Positions 53,901 through 63,244 of a DNA stretch of 64,000 nucleotides are shown here, piece after piece. Location: NCBI GenBank assembly GCA_951804945.1, contig OX638150.1, positions 82,956,001-83,020,000 of the forward strand. The letters run 5' to 3'. The DNA comes from Podarcis cretensis. Lineage: Eukaryota. The stretch's first letter is position 1, and each line of letters opens with the position of its first letter. A program made the position numbers and the translations under genes. The notes under the pieces were generated by a model. It saw only the letters and a list, made by a program, of their open reading frames with translations, made no database searches and had not been told where the DNA came from.

Positions 53901-56900
53901 TGATTACAATCCTTAGGATATCATGCTTGTGGGACAACTAGGGTAAAAGTGCCTGTTGTCTTAACATGCTTGAAGACCAGCTTGAAGTTTGTACAGGTGT
54001 CTTCCAGCTGTCTAACCTATGTGGTCCTGTATATATAATGATATTCAGTTCCCAAGGTTTAATCAAATGCATTCCCTTGGTTCTTGCATATTTCAGTACT
54101 GATAGAAATACACTTAATTTAGATTAGTTATGGTATATAACCTAGCAGTCCACTCCCTACCCCAAAGAAGGAAGAATGACTGTCTTGAACTGTATACAGA
54201 CACTGAACTGATTCTGATAGCTTTCAGAAAATGACCCTTGTCACATTTTCCGATTTCAGGATTGAATGATTTAGAACAGCCTGATGTCTCTTTGGCAGAT
54301 GAATGGTAAGTCTTCAATAAAGCATGCAGTTGATTTGTGTTGCTCTTTTTGTTCATGTGTGGTGTGTCTGACTCCTTCTGCAGAATGACAATGGGAGATC
54401 ACACTTACAAATATTTGTTGAAATTATTTTTAACCATGCTATGTTCTCAGGTCATATTGCAACACAGACTTGCATCCTGAGCACCGCCAAATGACTCAGC
54501 TGAAGGCTATTCAAAACTACCTCATGGGGAAAGAGCCATTGCTTCCTTGTGAGTTGTTGATTAATTTTGATAAGTATTCCTCCAAACTGTATTTGCCTTT
54601 TACAGCTTCATTTTTAATGCAATACACAGGAAATGGGCAGCGTACATCATTGGTGGGGGCCTGAGCTTGCTTGAACCATCAAATCAGTAGCTGGTCTAGG
54701 CAAGCTTTTTTTTCTCAGCCTCAGTTCCCCCATCTGTGATATTGGGGTTATAATACTGACCTACCACTGAATGGATTATAACACAATAAAGATTTGGAAG
54801 CTCTTTGAACACTACATAAACATTAAGTATCCTTACTTAAGAAAGTTCCATTTGTACTGGATGTTATACAACAAACTGCTGGGTGAAACCTTTGCTTGCG
54901 TCACTAGAAATACATTGGCATGTATTACTGAGAAAAGCAAGATGGATTTTGACGTTCAGACTGTTTGATGATCATACCTGTATGTGCTTTGGTAACAAAA
55001 ACTTAACTGAGCTGTGGTTGGGATGTGAGACAGTACTGTCTGCAGCACAACCTTACACATGAAACTGGGAATTTTCCATTGCTGGCCACAGAAAGCAAAT
55101 GTTCCATGTGTTCATTTAATAGTGTCTTCTATAAGTTGGTACTGGGACAGAATATGGGTGCTGGTGGATCGCAACCAGTATTGTGGAATGATGCTACCAA
55201 GCATGATAGTACCTGGATGAAATATAGCATGGACATATGGAACTCGTATAAGGATTAGTGCAAGGAATCCAGGAAATTTAGATTTTCATGTTCAAGAGAA
55301 AGATGCTAGCCATGGTATGTGAGATTTTCCTCCTCCCCGTCTCATCTCAAATAGGTGAGATTTCCACCACATACGTACCTACAATTTCTTCTGGGGCCAG
55401 AGTCCGCAGTGAAGTATACAGTCTCTAACAACAGACATGTAGCATTCCTGCCAATATCTACTGACTCCAAGTTTACTGTCGTAAGAAGGCTGCACACATG
55501 CTCCTTATTAATGCTTTTAAAACTTTATAGGTGATAAAGAATTAATACAGGAAGTCCTGTTTGATGCAGTGGTCAGCGCACCAATAGAAGCTTATTGGAC
55601 CAGCCTTGCACTGAACAAATCAGAGTAAGTGAACAAAGCATTGCTTATGATTCTTTTAATAATGTCTTCACTCAGTTACATACATTTATTTTTCACCAAT
55701 TCATTCATTGTTTTAAATATATGATGCACAGAAATAATTCACCTGCCCTTATAGACTCTTCCATTTGTAACAGTGGAAAGATTTGATTCGTGTCTACATT
55801 CTTTAGAACCTCTTCTGTACTAGAGTAATGGGTGTTATATATTATTAAAATACTACTTCCATAATAATGACCTAAATCATAGATTTCCAATGTGGTGTGA
55901 TCTGTTACTATAAAGAAGCAATGCAGAAGAAAGAAGCAGCAGCTAAACCAGCTGCTGGTGGCTGGAAAGCCAGACAGGATGTTTGTGACTGTTACCATGG
56001 CAATAAAGGGGCAGTCCATTCTCCGTATTGAGCACCGGATGTGAGCTCAGTGTGTGTCATATGACCTGTACAGGATGTACATGGGTGGAGTTTAATGATT
56101 CTCTCTGTTGTTTGTGAAGAGTGCAGACATGTTTATCTGTATGGCTGCTAAAGACAGAAATAAAGACATGTAAATACGTTTCTGTCTAAGTCTGATTCCC
56201 CTCCCTGGGGAGCAGGGAGAGGGAGAAGCAGTGGTGTGTTTTTCTCACAGTCTGGGAAAAATCACCGATACAGACCTCGCATGTTTACCTGCCGGGAGTC
56301 GCAGGGGGAGGTCAAAGGAATTCAGCCGGTGCCTGAAAAGGTAGGCACATTCCTCTGACCGAGGCAGAATTCCAACATGATCCAGGTACTGTTGAAATCC
56401 AGGAGCTATCAACCCAAAGCCAATGGCCACGCTGGCTTCCCCTAATCTAGACTGTCCTCCTGGTACAGGCTTTGCTGTGCTGGCATCCTGAGAGTGCCAC
56501 TACTCTCTCTTCTCAGGTGCTGCTACCAACCGCTGGCGTTTTCTAAAACTGGGGCTGTGATGCGACTTCGCTTGTAGAGTTGCATGTAGAGTTGGCATGT
56601 AGAGTTGCTAAGCTGAAACCCAGCTATTTCTCTTTTCCATTAAACCCATTACTAAAACAAAAGATTGGGCAGCTGTGTAGCTATCCTCAGTCCTGTCATT
56701 CCCCTGCAATCATCCACTACCCACTGTAATGAGCAAGTGAGCTGTACATCAGCTGAGGAGGGAGGCTGACGACAGAGCCTGCAGCATAATGGATGAGAGA
56801 AATGAGGACTCTCTTGTCTTCCAAGTCAGCAGCCCATTAAAGGGCCGTGGGGGGAATCTCTAGGCAGCCACCTGACAACCCTCACGGCGTCATTTGTTCT

Positions 56901-59900
56901 GGAGCGGCAAAATGAAATTGCATAGACAGCATTTAATTTAATAATAATTTTAAAAAACCAAGATTGACATGCAGTGCCCCTGCTGACTTGCTCTCAGAGT
57001 GTTTTGCATAAAATCACTGCATTAAAGCCACATTTGAGACCATTAAAAACCAATTTTGAAAAAGAAAACTAGGAAGGGAATATAGAAGATTCACTTAAGG
57101 GACAAATTGGGCATTGTCTAAAAGCACATGAAGAATGGTGGAGTGTCATTTTTTTTCTTTTTTCTTTTTGAAGGGTAAGTGGAACAATGAAAAACAATAT
57201 CCTGGCATGACTTTGCTAGTCCTTACTCCTAAGAATGCACAGGGTTGCAGCCTTGTGCATAGAGCATCAGATTAGAGCTGGGGAAATTTCTGAGATCCCC
57301 CCCCCCCATTACCCACTACAAAAAGTTCACCTCACATAATTTCCCAAGAATATTCTCCACCATTAAATTAAATTAAATTAAATTTTTCTCTGCCACTAGA
57401 GCTCAGAACAATTCTGGGTCCAGAATGCAAAATGGTGGCCACAATGTCAACATAGTTGCTTCTGCCATCACGTCCAGTGCCATATATATATTAGAAATTT
57501 AGGTGAAAACAGAAGAGGCTGTGCTACAGCCACTGGTAATGGTGAGCCCCACAACCACCCCCTGAAAAAACCTGCTAGGTAATTTCTTATTCCCCACCTT
57601 GAAAAATTGAGAGAAATGGTGCTCCCACCAATCAAAAAGTAGGGGGTGGTGTTGTTGTTGTTGTTATTTTGTACCCCACCCATCTGACTTGGTTGCTCCA
57701 GCCACTCTGGGCAGGTTCCAGCATATATAAAAACATAGCAAAACATTCAACTTTAAAAAGCTTCCTTATACAGAGCTGCCTTCAGATGTATAGGATAATT
57801 TGGATAATTTCAAGCGGCCATTTGCACACAACTATAGGTTAGGGAGATTGTGCATCTGTGTTGACTGCTTAACAGTTTATCCTTTCAGTCCAACTCCCAC
57901 TGATTAATTGGGGAAATATTTTAATTTCAGTTAAAGCTTAAGTTGATTATTGTATTTATTAAAACTGATTAAAATTGCAGTCCTGGTTTGTGCTTGCACT
58001 TCTTGTGACCTCAGAATATCTGCATACCATTTACTGTCTGGAAATGTAATTCTTCCTTGTGTGTTGCTCTCCTTCAGAAATTCAGACAAGGGAGTAGAAG
58101 TTGCCTTCCTTGGAACTCGGACGGGTCTTTCTCGTGTCAATTTGTTTGTGGGACCGGAACAGCTAACTAATCAGTAAGTAGTATATGGCAGTGTAAGAAA
58201 GCAGTACCGGAAGTAAAGAACCATGCACATAATTTTATATAGTCCCTTCTTTCCCTTTCCCACTAGTTCTCTGCATTCTAGTTCAGATTCCATGTGTCAA
58301 AACAAAGGACACTTAACACTCTTCTGGGCAAAGTGTGAGCTTCAGTTGTTGATTTAGGAAGCCCTGAACAACTTGGAGCCTGGCTATATGAGGAGATACC
58401 TTCACCTCTTTAGACCAGACTGGCCAGTGTGATTTCAGAATGAGGTCCTCTTGGTTGCACTACAGTCTGCAGAAATGCATCAGGTAGCAACCAGGGAAGA
58501 AGGCCTTCTCTGTTCCAATGCCCAATTTCTGGAGCCATGTCTCCCTGGAAATAAGGTGGGTGTCAACCTCGTTGAGTTTTTGGCAAATCTTGAATGTGCA
58601 CTTGCTCACCTCAGCTGGGTTTCTTTGGGCAGGGGCATGGAGGTAAAAGGCCCAGCTTTGAGAAATGTACCAGTTACTGAATATATGATTTCATTTTCAT
58701 TTATTGCAATGTGTTTTGTCTATTGCATAGTCTTTTAGCCTTCTTGGGATTTCATTTGGAAGATGGTGTATAAATATTTAAAAAGAAAATAAATTTGGAA
58801 AGCTTGTACATAACAGATTGTTCATTCAGTTTTCAAACGATTTCATCCTGTCTCATCACACAAAGAATGCAGATCTGATTTTAGCAGGTTTAATACAGCT
58901 CATATAGCCCTAAAAGGCAATGGATATCTGTCCCCTTGATCCCCCCCACACACTTTAAATCTCCCAAGAAAAATGGTTCCCCATTTGCACCCAATTCATC
59001 ATGCATTGCTAGCTACAAAATAACATTTTAAGTGAGAATGCCCAGAATCTCAAGACTTACTTTAAAGCATACCTAAGAAGAAGAAACCTCACCACCCCCA
59101 TTACACATTGAAGTCTCATGTTTTTGAAAGCAACTCTATTTCCTTTTTGCTTGGAGGACTGCTTTTTGAAAAAACACAAGCCCAAAGCCCTTCTGCGCAC
59201 ATCCATTTCTTCGGACAAAATGTTTCGTAAAATAAAATCACGCGCCCCCCAAAAAAGCCCTAAAAAGCAATGGCTCATCATTGTTTCATTCACTCCTTTT
59301 TTTTGTTTTGTTTTTCTCAACATGCATGCTACTTTACTATTATTATTTGGTACTGTATTTATTTGTCGCTTCTTACACCAAAGGGTCTCAAAGCAACCTA
59401 CACAATCAAAACTGAAATAACAAAAATACAAATACTGAAACCAAATATTGAAACATCAATAAAGTAAGGCCTAATGTGCTTTTCTGTTACACTTCCTGGA
59501 AGATGTTCATTGCTTAGTTACTGGGGCTACCTACAAGCTGAGGAGGAGACCGGTTTTCCAGCTCCTGTGTCTTAGCAGCAGCCATGCTTATTCACTGCAG
59601 CATGTTTATTTTAGGTGCATTCTACCTGGGAAGGCATTGTAAGTGCAGTTGTAACCAGGCACATGTGGGGCTGCCATCCTGACACCAGTGACTCTGCTAT
59701 CGAGAGGGTATCTTACATTATTCTAGAGTTACTTTCAGGAGAACTAAAGAAAGAAGGAAGGAAAGAAAGATAACTTTTGTTTTTTAAGGAGCTTAAGATG
59801 TAAAAATCAAAACAAGCAAACATATTATGTTTTCTTCTGTTTCAAGAGACTTCTTGACAGCTGGAGACAAGGAGAATATTTTCAATGCTGATCATTTCCC

Positions 59901-60643
59901 GCTTTGGTACAGAAGAGCTGCAGAACAGATACCAGGAAGCTTTGTCTACTCAATCCCTTTCAGCACAGGTTTGTCATTTAATTGTGCTTCGATTCATAGC
60001 TAATTCATACACTCAAAACCACTTGGAGGAACATGTGAAATGTGTGGTATAAAATCTTAAAGTAAATAAAAAGAAGGAAGGAATTGCACCCATCAATCCA
60101 GATTGGTACCCAGTATTTCTGCTTACTTAAAACTACAGGCAGTTAAGATTTGCAGGATTTAATTTAATATTATGCTGTAATTTCACAGTTTCTAATTGTA
60201 CTGTGCACACAAAGAACTGTTGTTTAGCATGAACACACAAACGTACTGGCTTCCAGGGAGGCAGCCACAGTCCTTTGAGCCCCTCCCCAGTCCTTTGAGC
60301 TCAGCACGACCTAGCAACTAAACAAATGTGTGGTTGAGCATGTCATTTGAATGTGGGGTCATGGTTAATCTCTCCCCTCCTTAACCAAGGTTTGTTCTTG
60401 GTTACAGATTATGGTTTAGCAGGATAGAGCTTGACTGCAATCTCCAGTTCAGATGACATGCAAAGCTTATTTTAATCTGCTACTGTGAAAACATACCACC
60501 AGTTGTTTAAAAATACATAGTTAGAATCTTAATTTGAATAACTGCTTCTTTTTTTATTGTAGAAACAGCAAACAAAAGCAATGTGGTAACAGCAAGTACT
60601 GCCATTCAGCTTCTAGATGACAGAAAATCTCCAGTGGTAGCAG
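7559..60643 (+). CDS. CACNA2D3: CACNA2D3, partial multi-exon CDS (14 internal exons, 1069 nt; region C-terminal to the VWA domain, including Cache-domain segments)
   Basis: Manual splicing at GT-AG sites gives one continuous frame: [356 protein letters not shown]. This is recognisably alpha2delta-3 and all intron phases are compatible. Exon numbers below follow the human gene from memory. Confidence 0.98.
12013..12440 (+). repeat. Copy B of the locally duplicated intronic element
   Basis: See copy A; constant offset of 8,095 bp in the core. Confidence 0.92.
14551..14690. repeat. (AAT)n (14551-14590) and (CT)n (~14658-14690) microsatellites
   Basis: direct reading; source of the poly-N/poly-I and (ER)n spurious ORFs. 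Confidence 0.95.
16215..16525. mobile_element. hAT-superfamily MITE inserted into the start of an older MITE
   Basis: TIRs CAGTGCTGGATTTA / TAAATCCGGCCCTG; 8-bp TSD ACACCAGC (16207-16214) vs ACACCCGC (16526-16533); continues into ctggtgccctccagatgttgttgga of the older family. Confidence 0.85.
19441..19512 (+). CDS. CACNA2D3: CACNA2D3 exon ~15 (72 nt) [24 protein letters not shown]
   Basis: aaatgtag|CTT...ACT|gtaagt; phase 0/0. Confidence 0.97.
20666..20746 (+). CDS. CACNA2D3: CACNA2D3 exon ~16 (81 nt) [27 protein letters not shown]
   Basis: aaaatag|AGA...AAG|gtaaat; phase 0/0. Confidence 0.97.
21800..22099 (+). mobile_element. Probable degraded solo LTR (3' part; 5' boundary uncertain)
   Basis: AATAAA at 22028-22033 in caataaagttgtggcc context, about 65 nt before a terminal CTACA; no clean TSD. 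Confidence 0.4.
22276..22335. repeat. Compound (CA)n(GA)n microsatellite
   Basis: direct reading. Confidence 0.95.
24924..25527. mobile_element. hAT-like MITE (CAGGGATGTGGAAC...GCTCCCCACCCCT) interrupted by a LINE/SINE 3' tail and a Tigger-like MITE
   Basis: Degenerate CAGGGGTGGGGAAC-type TIRs; internal gggcagtatacaaattcaataataa tail at ~25120-25180. Confidence 0.55.
25181..25430. mobile_element. Tc1/mariner (Tigger-like) MITE with internal hairpin
   Basis: TIRs CAGTCGTACCTTGG / CCGAGGTTCCACTG; flanked by GA and TA (degenerate TA TSD); CpG-rich; related to 63003-63244. Confidence 0.8.
25825..25899 (+). CDS. CACNA2D3: CACNA2D3 exon ~17 (75 nt) [25 protein letters not shown]
   Basis: ccttacag|TTA...CTG|gtaaga; Cache-domain GY-x-F...NNGY-x-L-x-HP motif. 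Confidence 0.97.
28991..29065. repeat. (GAGAGG)n + (GA)n homopurine tract
   Basis: direct reading. Confidence 0.95.
30545..30670. mobile_element. Small hAT-like MITE of the ggactacaactcccatc family
   Basis: Core ttggactacaactcccatc...gctgataggagttggagcc; same family at ~16534, 36703 and around 50120/50983. Confidence 0.6.
30980..31645. repeat. Cluster of microsatellites: (CA)n 30980-31010, (TA)n ~31300-31340, (CA)n ~31615-31645
   Basis: direct reading. Confidence 0.9.
33805..34525 (+). mobile_element. 5'-truncated, degenerate L2-clade LINE
   Basis: Collinear with 50138-50975; remnant peptide [24 protein letters not shown]...LDYCN; (TAA)n tail. Confidence 0.92.
35662..35704. repeat. (GT)n(AT)n microsatellite
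   Basis: direct reading. Confidence 0.95.
36703..36826. mobile_element. Small hAT-like MITE
   Basis: Termini CAGGGGTAGCCA / TGTCTACCCCT; partly similar flanks (atttagac / attttgat). Confidence 0.65.
37603..37771. mobile_element. hAT MITE with internal ~21-bp tandem repeats containing CCCTAA
   Basis: TIRs CAGTGGCGTAGC / GCTACGCCACTG (12/12); 8-bp TSD TCCAATAG (37595-37602) vs TCCAGTAG (37772-37779). Confidence 0.9.
41872..41955 (+). CDS. CACNA2D3: CACNA2D3 exon ~18 (84 nt) [28 protein letters not shown]
   Basis: aactctag|TAT...GTG|gtgagt; phase 0/0. Confidence 0.97.
43130..43720 (-). mobile_element. Ancient CR1-clade LINE reverse-transcriptase fragment
   Basis: Minus strand encodes [14 protein letters not shown] (43402-43361) and DIRKTFDTV (43311-43285), matching CR1 RT motifs QHGF-x3-SCLTN and D-x2-KAFD-x-V; boundaries approximate. 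Confidence 0.8.
44695..45092. mobile_element. hAT-superfamily MITE, GC/CpG-rich
   Basis: Perfect 8-bp TSD CTCTGGCC (44687-44694, 45093-45100); imperfect TIRs CAGCGGCGCC / CGATGCCCCTG; internal inverted repeat ~44826-44955. Confidence 0.85.
47602..48111 (+). mobile_element. Probable solo LTR (Gypsy/ERV-like) with internal 27-bp tandem duplication
   Basis: TG...CA ends; purine-rich body; AATAAA 48043-48048 about 63 nt from the end; ccctcctgctgtgagtagctctgatct x2 at 47795-47848; TSD imperfect (ccca/gcca). Confidence 0.6.
48665..48736 (+). CDS. CACNA2D3: CACNA2D3 exon ~19 (72 nt) [24 protein letters not shown]
   Basis: tactttcag|CTT...GGG|gtatcg (weak donor); phase 0/0. Confidence 0.96.
49025..49086 (+). 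CDS. CACNA2D3: CACNA2D3 exon ~20 (62 nt) [20 protein letters not shown](S)
   Basis: aatctag|AAG...TTCAG|gtaggg; phase 0/2. Confidence 0.97.
50138..50975 (+). mobile_element. Young 5'-truncated L2-clade LINE (ORF2 C-terminus + 3' UTR + (TAT)n tail) inserted in a MITE
   Basis: Peptide KTEVL...[13 protein letters not shown]...[14 protein letters not shown]...[12 protein letters not shown]...[14 protein letters not shown]...[13 protein letters not shown] is typical of L2 ORF2 downstream of the RT core; TSD ACTACAA at 50131-50137 and 50976-50982. Confidence 0.95.
51045..51423 (+). mobile_element. Older L2 subfamily 3' fragment
   Basis: caatacctcaag...ggccttttctgtg...ctcccaggcctttggcta...(TAA)n tail; reverse complement of the 61212-62150 element. 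Confidence 0.75.
52599..52666 (+). CDS. CACNA2D3: CACNA2D3 exon ~21 (68 nt) (S)[22 protein letters not shown](G)
   Basis: ctgcacag|TTTAGG...GAAG|gtagca; phase 2/1. Confidence 0.96.
53300..53446 (+). mobile_element. Degraded tRNA-derived squamate SINE (Squam3-like)
   Basis: ttgcatgcagaa...ggttcagtccctggcatctcca (B-box-like) and 3' end tataaggcagcttcctatgttcc; family assignment from memory. Confidence 0.65.
54260..54305 (+). CDS. CACNA2D3: CACNA2D3 exon ~22 (46 nt) (G)[14 protein letters not shown](W)
   Basis: gatttcag|GA...GAATG|gtaagt; phase 1/2. Confidence 0.96.
54451..54548 (+). CDS. CACNA2D3: CACNA2D3 exon ~23 (98 nt) (W)[32 protein letters not shown](C)
   Basis: gttctcag|G...CCTT|gtgagt; phase 2/1. 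Confidence 0.96.
54690..54830 (+). mobile_element. MIR/CORE-SINE remnant
   Basis: ctcagcctcagttccccatctgtgatattggggttataatactg resembles the CORE consensus. Confidence 0.6.
55531..55624 (+). CDS. CACNA2D3: CACNA2D3 exon ~24 (94 nt) (C)[30 protein letters not shown](E)
   Basis: ctttatag|GT...CAGA|gtaagt; phase 1/2. Confidence 0.97.
57650..57790 (-). mobile_element. L2 3'-end fragment, antisense
   Basis: Reverse complement aligns to ~50812-50940 (acatctgaaggcagc...gcccagagtggctgg...cagatgggtggggta); (CAA)n tail. Confidence 0.85.
58078..58173 (+). CDS. CACNA2D3: CACNA2D3 exon ~25 (96 nt) (E)[31 protein letters not shown](Q)
   Basis: ctccttcag|A...ATCA|gtaagt; phase 2/2. Confidence 0.97.
58340..58790 (+). 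mobile_element. Old L2-like 3' fragment
   Basis: aagccctgaacaacttggagcctggctat...aggccttctctgt resembles L2 3' ends; heavily diverged. Confidence 0.5.
59847..59968 (+). CDS. CACNA2D3: CACNA2D3 exon ~26 (122 nt) (Q)[40 protein letters not shown](E)
   Basis: tgtttcaag|A...ACAG|gtttgt; AAG acceptor; phase 2/1; WYRRA motif. Confidence 0.97.
60563..60643 (+). CDS. CACNA2D3: CACNA2D3 exon ~27 (81 nt) (E)[26 protein letters not shown](A)
   Basis: tattgtag|AA...GCAG|gtaaaa; phase 1/1. Confidence 0.96.
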
Positions 60644-61211
60644 GTAAAAATTATTGCTCCTTTTCTATATCAATATTGTAAACAGGCTTTGCTTTCTTAT
60701 GCTACTTAGACTTCCTATAAAAATTCTCACTTAAAGACTGTTTTGGAAGTAAGTTCAATGAAGTGCAACTTAATGACCTAATGTCTGGACCATCACAGGC
60801 CTCCTCACTTTAAAATGCTTGATTCTGAATGCCCTGAAGACACGAAAATCCTTCATTATAAGTTGGAAGGGGTTTAATTTGCATTAACAAGGCAGTATTT
60901 ACCGAAATTTCAGTATGGCAAATCTGAAATCACAAACCTTTCTTATTATAAATTTTAATTAACATAGGTGGACCCTTATTAGTCATACTTGTGTATGGAG
61001 TTAGCTGCAAATGTATATATTGAGAATAACAATATATACAACTGGCTTAACAGGAACATCAATGGACAACAGTACTTCTGAAGCAGCACTGGAGTTCACT
61101 AGTGTTTTCTACAAGCTATTTCATACCCAATGTGCTAACTTCCTGATGTTGTTGCCATGAGCCCCAGCCAGCATGGCCAAGAGTCAGAGTTGATGGGAGC
61201 TTATTTCTAAT

Positions 61212-62150
61212 GTTTGTTTGTTTTATTCCCTTAATTTATCGACCACCCTTCATCCAAGGATCAAAGGGTGTTTTACAGTTTCGAAAAACAAAAGCACATA
61301 ATAACAAACAAAACAATGCTTCCCCCCAACACACAGTTTATAAGGCCATAGATGGTTTAGTTAGCCAAAGGCCTGGGAGAAGAGAAATGTTTTTGCCTGG
61401 TGCCTAAAGATATGTCATGAAGTCACCAGGTGAGCATCTCTGAGGAGAACACTGCACAGCGGAGAGCTACTGCGGAAAAGATCCATTCTCATGTTGCCAT
61501 CCTCTTACCTCCCATGGAGGGGGCACACAAAGAAGGGCCTCAGATGATGATAGTAGTCACACCCACCCTGTGAAACACCTTCCCATCAGATGTCAAGGAA
61601 ATAAACCACTATCTGACTTTTAGAAGACGTCTGAAGGCAGCCCTGTACAAGGAAGTTTTTAATGTTTGATGCCTTACTGTGTTGTAATTTGTTGAAAGCC
61701 GCCCAGAGTGATTGGGGCAACCCAGCCAGATGGGTGGCATATAAATATATTATTAGTATAACTACTACTATTACTATTACTGTTGCAGAGTCTGGGTTGG
61801 TTCATACGGGGCGAGGCAGTTCTTGAGGTATTACAGTATTTGCATATTTAAGGTTTGAATTTGGCTCAGAAACTGATTGGCAGCCAGTGCAGGCAGGCCA
61901 GGTTGGGTTTAATATGCTCAAACCATCTTGACCCGGCGAACAGCTTGGCTGCTGAATTCTGCACCAGCTGAAGTTTCCAAATTGTCTTCAGAGGCAGCCC
62001 TGTATGTTGCAGTAATCTAACCTAGAGATTACCAGAGCACAGAAAACAGACGTTAGGCTATCATTGCACAGGTAGCTGCGCAGCTGAGCCAGCAGCCGAA
62101 GTTGGTGGAAGGAGGCGAGTCCAGCCATATCTGAAGAGCACCAAGCTGGC
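61212..62150 (-). mobile_element. Antisense older L2 fragment interrupted by a sense L2 3' end
   Basis: Reverse complement similar to 51045-51423; further L2 ORF2-like remnants to ~62050. Confidence 0.75.
61551..61785 (+). mobile_element. L2 3'-end fragment nested in the antisense L2
   Basis: Aligns to ~50738-50945; (TAC/TAT)n tail. Confidence 0.85.
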
Positions 62151-63002
62151 TGGATCTGGGATACTCCTTATGTAATGATACAAATGTGATTAGTGAAAAA
62201 GTATCTTTAAATTGTGGTGTGAATAGCAGTATTTTGAGTCCAACCATTCTGAAATACATCTTTGCTATTCACAAACCTTTCACTCCCTGACAGCAGTCTT
62301 TTATTCTTTGCTTCTTAGGTTGTTCTCCCCTCCACATTATAAATTATCAGTCACTGTGTAGTGGAATCCATGCAAATATGAAAGAATCCTTTCCCATATA
62401 CAGGTTGAGATGAATTATCTGGGCTGCTTAAAGAAAGAGAACTTGACCTTTCAAGAGTGGGACTGGGCTGGCATATTATCCTGGTGTGGGTGCGCGTCTT
62501 TAAGTTGGCCTGCGTCAGTCAGGTACAACAATCCACCCTCCCACCCAACTTCCAGAATACTGGATTTCCTGGTTGCTGTTCAAGGCAAAGTAGGCGTTTT
62601 GGGTACACAAAAAGTACAGACTTCGTATATGAGCTGGTGTGTGCATAGAAAGAGGGCCTGAGGCTGAAATGTTACTGGGGGCGGAGCCAATAGTTGAATA
62701 ACCAAATTAGAACTTTGTTCACATAAAACTACGATATAAATTGTAGCAATGTTTTCATTTTGTAATGAATAGTGCCAGATCAGTAATGCTGCATTTTATT
62801 TATATCCAATATAGCCACGCTCTTCCCTGTGTGCCTTTCCCTGCTGTTTTGTTGCTGTTGATTCTTACGTTCAGTTCACTGCATTCCCACAACACTTTAA
62901 AATCATAAAAAAGATTAGTGAACATTCTAATCATAATGTACAGCTTTTTTCAAGCAGTTTTGCCTGATATAAACATTTTTGCAAGCCGTTTCTCCTAACA
63001 TA

Positions 63003-63244
63003 CAGTGGTACCTCGGGTTACATACGCTTCAGGTTACATTCGCTTCAGGTTACAGACTCTGCTAACCCAGAAATAGTATCTCAGGTTAAGAACTTTGCTT
63101 CAGGATGAGAACAGAAATCGTGCTCCGGCGGCACGGGAGCAGCAGGAGGCCCTATTAGCTAAAGTGGTACCTCAGGTTAAGATCAGTTTCTGTTTAAGAA
63201 CGGACCTCCGGAATGAATTAAGTTCTTAACCCGAGGTACCGCTG
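63003..63244. mobile_element. Tc1/mariner (Tigger-like) MITE nested in an older MITE
   Basis: TIRs CAGTGGTACCTCGGGTTA / TAACCCGAGGTACCGCTG; TA TSD at 63001-63002 and 63245-63246; flanks rejoin into a relative of the 6239-6630 element. Confidence 0.9.
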
